Shown here in pieces: positions 1 to 9,299 of a DNA stretch of 64,000 nt (position 1 is its first letter; every line of letters starts with the position of its first letter). Made by a program: the position numbers and the translations under genes. The DNA is taken from contig CP066687.1 of NCBI GenBank assembly GCA_016432405.1, positions 347,040-411,039 of the forward strand. The letters run 5' to 3'. A model generated the notes under the pieces. The model was not told where the DNA came from. It made no database searches and was given only the letters and a program-made list of their open reading frames with translations. The stretch comes from Candidatus Giovannonibacteria bacterium (GTDB taxonomy: Bacteria > Patescibacteriota > Minisyncoccia > UBA11713 > 2-01-FULL-45-33).

Positions 1-1755
1 GAACTTAGGCAGAAGTTTTTGGATTTTTTTTCCGCACGCGGGCACAAAATCGTGCTTTCTTCTTCGCTGATTCCCGACGACCCGTCGGTGCTTTTGACCA
101 CCGCCGGCATGCAGCAGTTTAAGCCCTATTTTTTGGGTAAAGCTGATCCGCTCAAAGATTTTGGAACACGACGCACGGCATCAATTCAAAAATCGTTTCG
201 CACTTCGGATATTGACGAAGTTGGAGATGAAAGCCATCTTACTTTTTTTGAAATGCTTGGACATTTTTCGTTTGGAGATTATTTTAAAAAAGAAACCATA
301 GAATGGACATACAAATTTCTTACCGAAATTCTCAAAATTCCCAAAGAGCATATATCGGTAACTGTTTTTGCTGGAGATAATAAAATCCCTTTTGATAAAG
401 AATCGTACGATGCCTGGTCTAAATTTTTACAGGCAGAAAAAATTAAAAAAGGCCCGCGCGCAGACAATGTTTGGGGACCGGCGGGTCCGGAGGGACCTTG
501 CGGAGCCGCCAATGAAGTTTATGTTGATGATTTAGAAGTGGCCACGCTGGTTTTTATGGAATATTACTGCGCCAAAAATGGAAGTTTAACTCTGCTTCCG
601 CAAAAAGGAGTTGATGTCGGCTGGGGATTTGAACGGTTGGCTATGATAGTTCAGGACAAAAAAAACATTTTTGAAACGGATTTGTTTGAGCCGCTTTTTG
701 AGCTTTTACCAGACAATGTTTCGGAAAAGCATAAAAGAATAATAGTTGACCATATCCGCGGGACAGCGTTTTTATTGGCTGACGGAGTGCGGCCATCAAA
801 CAAAGAGGCGGGGTATATTTTGCGGCGGCTTTTGCGGAGGGTTTTTGTTTACGAATATCAAGCTAAATTATCAAAGCACGTTTTAGACGGAATTTTACAT
901 GACATTATTCACGAATACGGCGAGTTTTATTCGGAGCTTTTGAAAAACGCCGAAAGTATTCACGAAGAATTTAAAAAAGAGCGTGACGAATTTTCAAAGA
1001 CCTTATCGCGCGGGATTAAAGAAGTATATAAATTTGATAAAATCGATGCCCCCACGGCATTTAATCTTTACCAGTCCCTTGGTGTTTCTTTCGAAATCAT
1101 AAAAGACGTTGCCGGAGATAAGGCAAAAAATCTTACTCGAGAAGAATTTGATAAAGAATTTGCCAAACATCAGGAAATCTCGCGGGCGGGGCGGGAGAAA
1201 AAATTCGGAGGGCATGGGCTTTTGCTGGATACCGGGGAGCTTAAAGCCAAAGACGGAGAGGAGCTGAAAAAAGTTACGCGATTGCACACAGCGACGCATC
1301 TTCTACAGGCGGCTTTGAGAAAAGTTTTGGGAGAGAGCGTAAAGCAGGCTGGCAGTGACATCACCGCGGAGCGGACAAGATTTGATTTTGCGTTTGACAG
1401 AAAACTTACTGACGAAGAAATCAAAAAAGTTGAGGATTCGGTAAATTTGGCGGTTAATAAAAAATATCAGGTTGATATGAAAGAAATGGTTTTGGAGGAC
1501 GCTTTAAAATTGGGCGCTCTTAGTGTTTTTTCCGCCAAAGGCGGATCCGCCTTTGGCGGAAAGGAAAAATACCCAGAGAAAGTAAAAGTTTATTCGGTCG
1601 GCGATTTTAGGGCAGACCCGCCGGAGATCTTCTCTAGGGAGCTTTGCGGCGGCCCGCACGTAAAAAATACTTCCGAAATCGGCCGGTTCAAAATTTTAAA
1701 ACAGGAAGCAGTCGGCTCCGGCACCCGCCGTATCCGAGCAGTTGTTATACTATAA
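1..1755 (+). CDS. alaS: Alanyl-tRNA synthetase, compact form (5' end outside window)
   Basis: The reading frame is open from base 1. The N-terminal class II catalytic core (…TTAGMQQFKPYFLG…) is followed by the editing-domain HxxxH (HTATHLLQAAL) and CGGPHV motifs. Confidence 0.9.
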   Translation, partial: ELRQKFLDFFSARGHKIVLSSSLIPDDPSVLLTTAGMQQFKPYFLGKADPLKDFGTRRTASIQKSFRTSDIDEVGDESHLTFFEMLGHFSFGDYFKKETIEWTYKFLTEILKIPKEHISVTVFAGDNKIPFDKESYDAWSKFLQAEKIKKGPRADNVWGPAGPEGPCGAANEVYVDDLEVATLVFMEYYCAKNGSLTLLPQKGVDVGWGFERLAMIVQDKKNIFETDLFEPLFELLPDNVSEKHKRIIVDHIRGTAFLLADGVRPSNKEAGYILRRLLRRVFVYEYQAKLSKHVLDGILHDIIHEYGEFYSELLKNAESIHEEFKKERDEFSKTLSRGIKEVYKFDKIDAPTAFNLYQSLGVSFEIIKDVAGDKAKNLTREEFDKEFAKHQEISRAGREKKFGGHGLLLDTGELKAKDGEELKKVTRLHTATHLLQAALRKVLGESVKQAGSDITAERTRFDFAFDRKLTDEEIKKVEDSVNLAVNKKYQVDMKEMVLEDALKLGALSVFSAKGGSAFGGKEKYPEKVKVYSVGDFRADPPEIFSRELCGGPHVKNTSEIGRFKILKQEAVGSGTRRIRAVVIL

Positions 1756-1790
1756 GTGCGACAACGCAACAATTGCAAACATAACATTTT

Positions 1791-1816
1791 GCTACGATCG
1801 GGAGAAAGTGTTATAT
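1791..1816. repeat. Left direct repeat flanking Cas2-like gene copy 1 (gctacgatcgggagaaagtgttatat); its partner is at 2363..2387
   Basis: Read directly: about 23 of 25 positions match the right copy (gctcgatcggaagaaagtgttatac). It contains the palindromic core ACGATCG and lies in the promoter region of the 1829 gene. Confidence 0.7.
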
Positions 1817-1828
1817 TAAGCATAATAC

Positions 1829-2350
1829 ATGTTTAAGAAAATAATTTTAAAAGGCGTACGTAAACCATCCGTGGCAGAATTGGTGCTTTTGGCGCTGAAA
1901 AGAACAGTAGATTGCCCATTTGAAATACTGATGGAATATAGCAGAATAAGAAATCAGCTTAGACCGGAATTTGTGAGAGTAGCTACAAATCGCTTAAAAA
2001 AACGGAATTTAATCCAAACGGAACGCAGAGGAAGGCAAATTCTTTTTACACTAACCGGAGAAGGTGAAAAGGAAGCAGAAAAAATTAGGTTAAAATTGGA
2101 AATGACTAAATCTAAACCTTGGGATGGAAAATGGCGTATTATTGTTTTTGATGTCCCAGAAAAGTTGCGTGGCAAACGAGATCTATTGCGGCGGGAATTA
2201 ATTAATTTCGGTTTTAAACAACTTCAAAAAAGCGTCTGGGCTTACCCACATTCTTTACCGCAAGAATTTACTGATTTATGGGAAGAGATTGGAATTCTTA
2301 GACATTGTATAATTTTTGAAACCAGTAAGATAGAAAATGCTAGAATTTAG
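1829..2350 (+). CDS. Winged-helix plus Cas2-like domain protein (PaaX-like), copy 1
   Basis: The C-terminal block WRIIVFDVPEKLRGKRDLLRRELINFGFKQLQKSVW follows the Cas2 pattern (hydrophobic-YDV…R…L…G-R-Q-SV). The N-terminal part looks like a wHTH. Paralogs are at 20388..20961 and 55826..56347. Confidence 0.55.
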   Translation: MFKKIILKGVRKPSVAELVLLALKRTVDCPFEILMEYSRIRNQLRPEFVRVATNRLKKRNLIQTERRGRQILFTLTGEGEKEAEKIRLKLEMTKSKPWDGKWRIIVFDVPEKLRGKRDLLRRELINFGFKQLQKSVWAYPHSLPQEFTDLWEEIGILRHCIIFETSKIENARI

Positions 2351-2362
2351 TATAACAATTCT

Positions 2363-2387
2363 GCTCGATCGGAAGAAAGTGTTATAC
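2363..2387. repeat. Right direct repeat flanking Cas2-like gene copy 1
   Basis: gctcgatcggaagaaagtgttatac sits immediately after the stop codon and upstream of the FtsA/PilM-like gene. Confidence 0.7.
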
Positions 2388-2488
2388 AGTTTAGATTACT
2401 TGCAAGGATATAAAATAAAAATAAAAAAAGCTCCATTTTGTTTTCAGCCCTCCTTTCTCTGCTCGCCATCATAGCAATTGCTTAAAAT

Positions 2489-3685
2489 TTGTCCATAGCG
2501 TGCTATAATATTCTCATGCTTTCATGGATTTTTGGGCACAAAAAAAAGACGACGCACATCTTGGCGATTGACTTGGGAACAGCATCAATTTCCGCCGCGG
2601 TCGTCGTGCGCCATGAAAAAGCCGGACCGAACGCCCCGGCCGGGCTCTGCGAGATTAAAAAAGTTTTGAGGCATCCCTTAAACCTTTTGGGCTACCAGCT
2701 TGCCGCGGACGCCGGCAAGCTCCCTTATATTTTAAAAGACGGCTTCATGAAAGTTTTTAAAGACGCTTATGCCGCCTCCCGCCACGCAGACGTTATTTTA
2801 ATCGCGCTTTCCGAGCCGTTTTTTTTGGATAAGAAAACGCAAAGAGAAGAGGCGCGCCCTAACCCGTCTAAGCCGATCAGTCGAGCCGAGATTGACACCA
2901 TCGGAAAATTTTTAAGCGAAGACGTTTTGGTGGCAAACAGGCGGCTCGCGCCGGTCGGGCGGAATATTCTTGCCATGCGAGTGAACGGATACGACATCGT
3001 CGACGCAATCGGGTATAAAGGCAAAACGTTGGGGGCCGAGGCCGTGTTTACTTTAGTGAGCGCGACTTTGAAAGATTACGTAGATGAAGCGAAAGAAAAA
3101 TTTTTCCCCCGGAGCGCGGTTTCTTTTTCTTCCGATACCTGGGTTCTATGGAAGCTGCTAAAATCCACGGAGAATTTGTCCGGTCCGGTTTTGGTTGTGG
3201 ACATCGGCGGAGAAGTGACCGGAGTGTTTGGAGCCGGCAAAAACACGATTGAGCACATGGGCGCCGCCGCTTTCGGCATAAGGACTCTCGCCAGGCGCAT
3301 CGGGGCGGCGCTAAAAATTGGGCCAGAGGAGGTTGAGCCGATTTTGCGCAAGTATACTGCCGGCGCGCTGGATGAGCGTTTGAAAATGAAGGTGGACAGG
3401 GTTTTATCTGCGGCGCTTTTTGATTGGTGGGCAAGCATTAAAAATTTCGCGAGCGCGCCGGCGGCGTTTAAAAAAATATTGCTTTCCGGAGGCGGGGCTG
3501 ACTTCTCCGTTTTCTCCGATTTTCTGAAAGATTGCCTGAAAAAGGATTATGGCGCGGATGTGTCTGTGGAGCTCTTGCGCGCGGAGGCGTTCAATGATTT
3601 TTTGGACCCGGCCGGCGCGCTCTCCGGCGGCGGCGACGTTATTTTAGCGGCTTTGAGCATTTTTGCTGATGCCAAGACAGACTAA
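2489..3685 (+). CDS. Actin-like ATPase (FtsA/PilM-like, ASKHA fold)
   Basis: Phosphate-1 motif ILAIDLGTASISAAVV and a second glycine-rich motif VVDIGGEVTGV. The ORF is 398 aa. Confidence 0.5.
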   Translation: MSIACYNILMLSWIFGHKKKTTHILAIDLGTASISAAVVVRHEKAGPNAPAGLCEIKKVLRHPLNLLGYQLAADAGKLPYILKDGFMKVFKDAYAASRHADVILIALSEPFFLDKKTQREEARPNPSKPISRAEIDTIGKFLSEDVLVANRRLAPVGRNILAMRVNGYDIVDAIGYKGKTLGAEAVFTLVSATLKDYVDEAKEKFFPRSAVSFSSDTWVLWKLLKSTENLSGPVLVVDIGGEVTGVFGAGKNTIEHMGAAAFGIRTLARRIGAALKIGPEEVEPILRKYTAGALDERLKMKVDRVLSAALFDWWASIKNFASAPAAFKKILLSGGGADFSVFSDFLKDCLKKDYGADVSVELLRAEAFNDFLDPAGALSGGGDVILAALSIFADAKTD

Positions 3686-4979
3686 AGAAAGTTTTATAGA
3701 CATTCTCCCCTCAAGCGGCAAGCGCGTGATTTCGGATGTTGTGATTGCGCCAAGAAAAGAAATTACTTCTCAGTTTTTCAAAGAGCCACCGGCGGCGATC
3801 AAGCCCCCGAAGCGCTATTTGAGGACGGGACGCAGGGGCAGGTCCGTTTTTACGATTTTGGCGCTGCTTGCGCTGGCTGCCGTCTTGAGCGCGGTTTTCG
3901 GGAAAGTTGAAGTGACGGTAACCCCGAAAGCGTTGTCTGTCCAAATGGACAAAACTTTGCCGTTGAGCAAATCCCGGGACGGCTTGCCTGACGGCAGCGC
4001 GGGCAATTTTCTGATTTTCAGGACTCTCACGCTGCCGCATAAGGAGAGCGGTTCATTTAACGCCACGGAAGAGAAATTCCAGGACCGGAAAGCGCAGGGT
4101 ATAGTCGCCCTTTTTAACAAATCTAAGGCGCCCCAGATTCTTATCGCTTCCACGCGCCTTGAGGCGCCGGACGGCAGAATTTATCGGATTCCAAAAACTA
4201 TAGTCGTGCCCGGTGCCAAGACACAGGGCGGGCAGGCGGTGCCCGGTTCGCTGGATGTGACGGTAATTGCGGACAAGGCGGGCGCGGAATACAATATCGG
4301 GCTCTCGGATTTTACTTTGCCCGGTTTTAAAGATTCTCCCAAATACGAACTCGTCTTTGCAAGGTCCAAAGCCGAAATATCCGGCGGAGCAAGCGGAAAA
4401 CAAATTGTGGTGGGCAAATCGGACACGGATTCCGCTCTGACGGCACTTATGCTGCGAGTGCGCGAGGCCGCGCCTAAACTTATTTCCGGAAAAATACCAA
4501 AGGAAGAATTTTTAATTGCGGAGTCGGTTGAATATGCAGCCGCCAAAGAGGGTTCGGACCCCGCCCCGGGTTCGCCGGCGGAAAAATTTGATTTCAGCGC
4601 GGAAGGAGAAATCAGGGGGGCAAGCGTTGAAAGGCGGGCTTTAGAGGAGGCGCTTTTGAAGAATTTGCCCGAACTTGCGGCGCTCGAGGGAGCTCCGGTG
4701 CGCGTAAAAAATCTGGACAAACTGCCGATGAAATTAATCGGCTATAAATTTGAAGCGCGCAGTTTTACGCTGGCCGTCCGCGGCACGGCGGAGATTGAGG
4801 CGGTTGTGGACACCCAGACGCTAAAAAGCGCGATTTTGGAGCATGGCGTCAGGGGCGCGATTCTGCGGTTTTCCGCTTTGCCATCAATATCCGGAGTGGA
4901 GGCGCGTTTTAAGCCCTTTTGGTGGCGCAAGACCCCCTCCGACCCCAGCCGCATTGACATTATTTTACAAGGGAGCTAA
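3663..4979 (+). CDS. Membrane-anchored hypothetical protein with a single TM helix after a ~65-aa cytoplasmic N-terminus
   Basis: ORF with TM segment VFTILALLALAAVLSAVFG. It is translationally coupled to the FtsA/PilM-like gene, and could be a PilN/PilO-type partner. Confidence 0.4.
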   Translation: MLMPRQTKESFIDILPSSGKRVISDVVIAPRKEITSQFFKEPPAAIKPPKRYLRTGRRGRSVFTILALLALAAVLSAVFGKVEVTVTPKALSVQMDKTLPLSKSRDGLPDGSAGNFLIFRTLTLPHKESGSFNATEEKFQDRKAQGIVALFNKSKAPQILIASTRLEAPDGRIYRIPKTIVVPGAKTQGGQAVPGSLDVTVIADKAGAEYNIGLSDFTLPGFKDSPKYELVFARSKAEISGGASGKQIVVGKSDTDSALTALMLRVREAAPKLISGKIPKEEFLIAESVEYAAAKEGSDPAPGSPAEKFDFSAEGEIRGASVERRALEEALLKNLPELAALEGAPVRVKNLDKLPMKLIGYKFEARSFTLAVRGTAEIEAVVDTQTLKSAILEHGVRGAILRFSALPSISGVEARFKPFWWRKTPSDPSRIDIILQGS

Positions 4980-4994
4980 GATAGGGACTATTCG

Positions 4995-5222
4995 TTGTTA
5001 ATGCCAGCTTCGCCAAAAGACAAACTTATTAAAGAAGGGCAGGTTATTGAAGCGTTGCCTTCGGCGACGTTCCGTATTTTATTGGGAGACGGCAAGGAAG
5101 TCATTGGGCACCTGTCGGGCAAGATGCGCGTCCATTACATCAAAGTGCTGGTCGGCGACCGCGTTTTGGTTGAATTCAGTCCTTACGACGAATCCAGGGG
5201 ACGAATTGTTAAAAGGTTATAA
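4995..5222 (+). CDS. infA: Translation initiation factor IF-1
   Basis: S1-like fold sequence GQVIEALP…[40 protein letters not shown]. Confidence 0.85.
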   Translation: MLMPASPKDKLIKEGQVIEALPSATFRILLGDGKEVIGHLSGKMRVHYIKVLVGDRVLVEFSPYDESRGRIVKRL

Positions 5223-5248
5223 TTATTTATATTGAGCGAAATCAAAAT

Positions 5249-5362
5249 ATGAAAGTAAGGGCTTCGGTAAAACCAAGGTGCGCGAGCTGCAAGGTCGTCC
5301 GCAGGGGCGGCAGAGTTTTTATCGTCTGCAAAAATCCGAGGCATAAGCAGAGGCAGGGTTAA
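5249..5362 (+). CDS. rpmJ: 50S ribosomal protein L36
   Basis: Not in the ORF track. Hand translation gives [37 protein letters not shown], with the Cys pair zinc ribbon, between infA and rpsM. Confidence 0.85.
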   Translation: MKVRASVKPRCASCKVVRRGGRVFIVCKNPRHKQRQG

Positions 5363-5380
5363 ATACTTAAAGATTTAAAG

Positions 5381-5767
5381 ATGGTCAGAATCGCAGGGGT
5401 TAATATCCCGGACAATAAAAAAATTCCCGTTTCTCTCGCCTACATTTACGGCATAGGGAGGCCATTGGCGCGCCGCATTTTGTCTTCCGTGAAAATTGAC
5501 GAAAATAAGCGCGCCAAAGAACTGGCCCCGCAGGAAATAAGCAAACTCCGCGACCTAATTGAAAAAAAATATAAAATTGAGGGGGAACTAAGGCGGGAAG
5601 TCACCTTAAACATTAAAAGGTTAAAAGACATAAAATCCTACAGGGGCGTCCGGCATATGAGAAATCTCCCCGTCCGCGGCCAGCGCACAAAAACAAATTC
5701 CCGCACCCGGAGAGGCAACGTCCGCAAAACAATGATGTCCGGCAAACGCAAACTGGAAAAGAAATAA
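5381..5767 (+). CDS. rpsM: 30S ribosomal protein S13
   Basis: MVRIAGVNIPDNKKIPVSLAYIYGIG…. Confidence 0.9.
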   Translation: MVRIAGVNIPDNKKIPVSLAYIYGIGRPLARRILSSVKIDENKRAKELAPQEISKLRDLIEKKYKIEGELRREVTLNIKRLKDIKSYRGVRHMRNLPVRGQRTKTNSRTRRGNVRKTMMSGKRKLEKK

Positions 5768-5768
5768 A

Positions 5769-6203
5769 ATGGGCAAGAAAAGAATAATTCAAAAAGCGGA
5801 TTTGACTACGGACGAGGGCAGGGCCTCGGCCGTTAGGGTTGCTTCCCCGAAGAAAAAAATTACGGACGGAGTCGTCCATATACTTTCCACTTACAACAAC
5901 ACGATTATTTCCATAAGCGACCAGAGGGGGGACGTGATAATGTCTTCTTCTTCGGGCGCCCTCGGCTTTTCCGGTGCTAAAAAGGGGACGCCGTACGCGG
6001 CGACAAAGCTGGCGGAATTTTTGGGAGACAAAGCCAAGGCCGCCGGTGTGAAAAATTTAAGCGTTTTAGTAAAAGGCGTAGGCGCCGGGAGAGACGCGGC
6101 ATTAAGGTCGCTTGTCGCGCAGGGGTTTGATATTTATTCAATCCGCGACGCAACTCCGGTTCCCCACAACGGCCCGCGTCCGCCGAAACCGAGAAGAGTA
6201 TGA
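5769..6203 (+). CDS. rpsK: 30S ribosomal protein S11
   Basis: HILSTYNNTIISISDQRGDV…GAKKGTPYAA. Confidence 0.9.
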   Translation: MGKKRIIQKADLTTDEGRASAVRVASPKKKITDGVVHILSTYNNTIISISDQRGDVIMSSSSGALGFSGAKKGTPYAATKLAEFLGDKAKAAGVKNLSVLVKGVGAGRDAALRSLVAQGFDIYSIRDATPVPHNGPRPPKPRRV

Positions 6204-6802
6204 GAACAAATTGTAAAACTTGCAGGAGGTTGGGTATGTCTGTTTGCGGGCGCGAGAAATGCGCTTTTAAGCGCAAGCCCTACCCCCCGGGCATTCACGG
6301 AAAATCTTTCCGGCGCGGTCTTTCGGAATTCGGCACGCAGCTTAAAAGCAAACAAAGGGTGAAGTTCCTTTACGGCCTTCGCGAACAGCAGTTTAAAAAT
6401 TACGTGCTTTCCGCTGTTTCCCAGCACGCCATTCCCGCCGGCGAGGCGATAGTGCGGAGCTTGGAATCGCGTTTGGACAACGTTGTCTACCGTCTGGGGT
6501 TCGCCCCGACGCGCGCCGGAGCGAAGCAGGTGGTGAACCACGGCCATATTTTGGTGAACGGCAAAAGAATCAACATCCCTTCCTGCAGGATTAAAATCGG
6601 GGACGAGGTTAAAATACGGCCGGGAAGCGTCGGCAAAGGAGCGTTTTTGAATCTTCCCGTGACCATAAAAAAATACGCTCCTCCGGAGTGGCTGGAGATT
6701 GACAAAGACGCTTTTTCCGGTAAAATAATTTCAGCGCCACTCGCCGATGATTTAATAAGGTCTTACAATTTAAACTCAATAGTCGAATATTATTCGCGTT
6801 AA
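6200..6802 (+). CDS. rpsD: 30S ribosomal protein S4
   Basis: N-terminal Cys-rich segment CKTCRRLGMSVCGREKC followed by the S4 domain. Confidence 0.9.
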   Translation: MRTNCKTCRRLGMSVCGREKCAFKRKPYPPGIHGKSFRRGLSEFGTQLKSKQRVKFLYGLREQQFKNYVLSAVSQHAIPAGEAIVRSLESRLDNVVYRLGFAPTRAGAKQVVNHGHILVNGKRINIPSCRIKIGDEVKIRPGSVGKGAFLNLPVTIKKYAPPEWLEIDKDAFSGKIISAPLADDLIRSYNLNSIVEYYSR

Positions 6803-6813
6803 CAGCTAATTTT

Positions 6814-7737
6814 TTGCTTAATTTTATGGATCAGAGCACGGTTTTGCCAACCCATACCCGCGTCGTTTCCGAAGAGGATTCCAAGGGAACATACGAGATA
6901 GACGGCTTTTACCCGGGCTACGGCCATACTTTGGGAAATTCGCTTCGGAGGATTTTGCTCTCCTCGCTTTCCGGCGCGGCCGTGACGAAAGTAAAAATAG
7001 AAGGGGCGTCTCACGAGTTCGCCACGCTGCCGGGGGTTTTGGAAGATGTCGTTACGATTTTGCTCAATATTAAACAGCTTCGTTTTAAAATCCATACAGA
7101 CGGGCCGGAGACGGCGACTCTGGAAGTCAGGGGCGTTAAAGAAATCAAAGGAAAAGACATAAAATGCCCCACTCAGCTTGAGGTTATGAATAAAGACCTC
7201 TATCTTGCAACCCTTACCGACAAAAACGCCAGTTTCAACGCCGAGTTTACCGTGGAAAAAGGCATTGGGTTCGTGCCCTCCGAAGAGCTGGTCAAAGACA
7301 AGATTTCGGTGGGAACCATAGTGCTGGACGCGATTTTTACTCCCATCCGGCGAGCCACTTACGAAGTTGAAAATATGCGCGTAGGCGACCGCACGGATTA
7401 CAACCGCCTGCGCCTTTTTATAGAAACCGACGGGACAATTTCTCCCCGCGCCGCGCTTAAGGAAGCGCTCCGGATTATGCGCCGGCAAATAGAGCATATT
7501 GAAAATTTTGAAGGCGGCGCCGAGCCCGGCGCGGCGCCGGGCAAAGAAGAGGGCTTCGGCGAGATGAAGCTTTCCCAGCGCACTAAAAATGCGCTAATCT
7601 CCGCCGGCATCAGCACGCCGGAGGAATTGTCCCAAAAATCCGAAAGCGAAATCAGGGACCTAGACGGCGTCGGCGAGAAGGCGGTTGCGGAAATTAAAAA
7701 AGCGCTGGCGAAACTGCAGCTTTCTTTAAGGGAATAA
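6814..7737 (+). CDS. rpoA: DNA-directed RNA polymerase alpha subunit
   Basis: GYGHTLGNSLRRILLSSLSGAAVT; alpha-operon context. Confidence 0.9.
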   Translation: MLNFMDQSTVLPTHTRVVSEEDSKGTYEIDGFYPGYGHTLGNSLRRILLSSLSGAAVTKVKIEGASHEFATLPGVLEDVVTILLNIKQLRFKIHTDGPETATLEVRGVKEIKGKDIKCPTQLEVMNKDLYLATLTDKNASFNAEFTVEKGIGFVPSEELVKDKISVGTIVLDAIFTPIRRATYEVENMRVGDRTDYNRLRLFIETDGTISPRAALKEALRIMRRQIEHIENFEGGAEPGAAPGKEEGFGEMKLSQRTKNALISAGISTPEELSQKSESEIRDLDGVGEKAVAEIKKALAKLQLSLRE

Positions 7738-7749
7738 AAAATAAACGCG

Positions 7750-8094
7750 GTGAAGAAAGCGAGAAAATTCGGAAGAGAAAGAAACCAACGGCGGGCGTTT
7801 TTAAGGAGCTTGGCGGTTAGTTTGATAGCACGCGGGAAAATTAAAACTACGCTCGCCCGCGCCAAGGAGCTCCGGCCGGTCGCGGAGCGACTGGTGACGC
7901 GCGCCAAAAGGAGCGAGAACCCTGTTTTGGCGCACCGCGATGCAAGAAGATTTTTACCGAAAGAGGCGGCCGCTAAACTGGTCAAAGAAATCGCGCCCAG
8001 ATACGGAACGAGAAACGGCGGATACACCAGAATTATAAAACTTAACCGAAGAAGCGGAGACGCATCGCGGATGGCGTTCATAGAGTTTGTGTAA
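7750..8094 (+). CDS. rplQ: 50S ribosomal protein L17
   Basis: RAFLRSLAVSLIARGKIKTTLARAKELRPVAERLVT. Confidence 0.9.
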   Translation: MKKARKFGRERNQRRAFLRSLAVSLIARGKIKTTLARAKELRPVAERLVTRAKRSENPVLAHRDARRFLPKEAAAKLVKEIAPRYGTRNGGYTRIIKLNRRSGDASRMAFIEFV

Positions 8095-8097
8095 AAA

Positions 8098-8467
8098 TAT
8101 GACGAAAGAAATTATAATTGACGCGAAAAACAAAAAGCTCGGGAGGATTGCCTCGGAGGTTGCCAAGGCGCTAAGAGGCAAAACAGACGCCGGTTTTTTG
8201 CCGCACACGGTTGTTTTGCCCAGGGTCATTGTGAAAAACGCCGGCAGCATCGCTTTTTCGGAAAAGAAACTCAAGGATAAAGAGTTTTGGACGTACTCCG
8301 GCTACCCTGGCGGCAGAAAAGTAAAAAGTGCCTGGGAAGTCGCTGAAAAATCCACTGGCTGGAGGAGCGATATTTTGCGCCACGCCGTCTCGGGGATGCT
8401 CCACAAAAACCGGCTTAAAAAATTAATGATTAAAAATTTGATAATTTATAATGGAGAAGACAAATAA
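8098..8467 (+). CDS. rplM: 50S ribosomal protein L13
   Basis: MTKEIIIDAKNKKLGRIASEVAKALRGK… The ATG at 8098 is preferred over the TTG at 8087 given in the ORF track. Confidence 0.85.
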
Positions 8468-8864
8468 AAACGGATACTTTGAAGCGGTTGGACGCCGGAA
8501 AACTTCGGTTGCCCGCGTGCGCCTTTTTAAAGAGAAAAATGCTTTGCCGAATATTTCCATAAACGGCAAGGCGCATTCGCAATATTTTCCTACTTTGGAG
8601 CTCAAAAAAATAGCGGAAGAGGGGCTGGGCGCGGTGCGCGCGGAGGGTGTGTACAGGGTTTCGGCGAAAATTTCCGGCGGGGGAATCCATTCGCAGGCGG
8701 AAGCATTGCGCCACGGCATCTCCCGCGCGCTTTTAAAAGTTGACGCCGAAAACAGGAAACCCTTAAAGAGTTTAGGATACTTAAAGCGCGACCCGCGGAT
8801 GAAGGAACGCCGCAAATTCGGTCTCAAAAAAGCCCGCAAGGCCCCCCAGTGGGCGAAGAGGTAG
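8451..8864 (+). CDS. rpsI: 30S ribosomal protein S9
   Basis: YFEAVGRRKTSVARVRLF… with C-terminal …KKARKAPQWAKR. Confidence 0.9.
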   Translation: MEKTNKNGYFEAVGRRKTSVARVRLFKEKNALPNISINGKAHSQYFPTLELKKIAEEGLGAVRAEGVYRVSAKISGGGIHSQAEALRHGISRALLKVDAENRKPLKSLGYLKRDPRMKERRKFGLKKARKAPQWAKR

Positions 8865-8948
8865 AATGTTACTGAAAAACGATTTTGACCAACTTAATGC
8901 GATCGCGTTAGAATGACCAAAAAAAATTTTATAGGAAGAAAAATAAAA

Positions 8949-8983
8949 TGGCCCCGTCGTCCGCGACGGGGCCTGCTCAATTT
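8949..8983 (+). terminator. Rho-independent terminator after rpsI
   Basis: GC hairpin ggccccgtcg-tccg-cgacggggcc followed by tgctcaatttt. Confidence 0.5.
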
Positions 8984-9195
8984 TGCGAAGATAGGATGAC
9001 GTTGGGGACTATTTTCCAGGTTAGGTTGTAAGTAATACGACACTCAGATTTTTGGCCACCAACTTCAATTGTTCGTTGCGACCAGTGTGGTGTGATATGA
9101 CCCCTCTTTTCGTCGTCGCAAACGAAGATAACATCTCCAATTTTTAAAACTTCTTCGCAACCTTGAGCGGGTTCTATTTGTGCCTTTTTAGCCAT
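8977..9195 (-). CDS. Small hypothetical protein, 73 aa from the MAKK start
   Basis: ORF preceded by aggaggg and an ATG at the reverse complement of 9193-9195. It lies in a GC-richer islet. Confidence 0.35.
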   Translation of the reverse strand: MAKKAQIEPAQGCEEVLKIGDVIFVCDDEKRGHITPHWSQRTIEVGGQKSECRITYNLTWKIVPNVILSSQN

Positions 9196-9299
9196 AATAG
9201 AGCCCTCCTCTCTGTTTCCATTATGAGCAGATAAAGAAGAGCTTGTCAACGATTACAAAATAAAAAAAGAGGGGCGGCAGTTGCCATCCCCCTATGCAT

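Noticed and set aside
279-1424. Minus-strand ORFs 279..512, 1003..1299 and 1170..1424, and analogous antisense ORFs inside dnaK, dnaJ and other long genes.
   Set aside because: They lie entirely inside well-supported conserved genes on the opposite strand, have no RBS, and their products are low-complexity. These are shadow ORFs.
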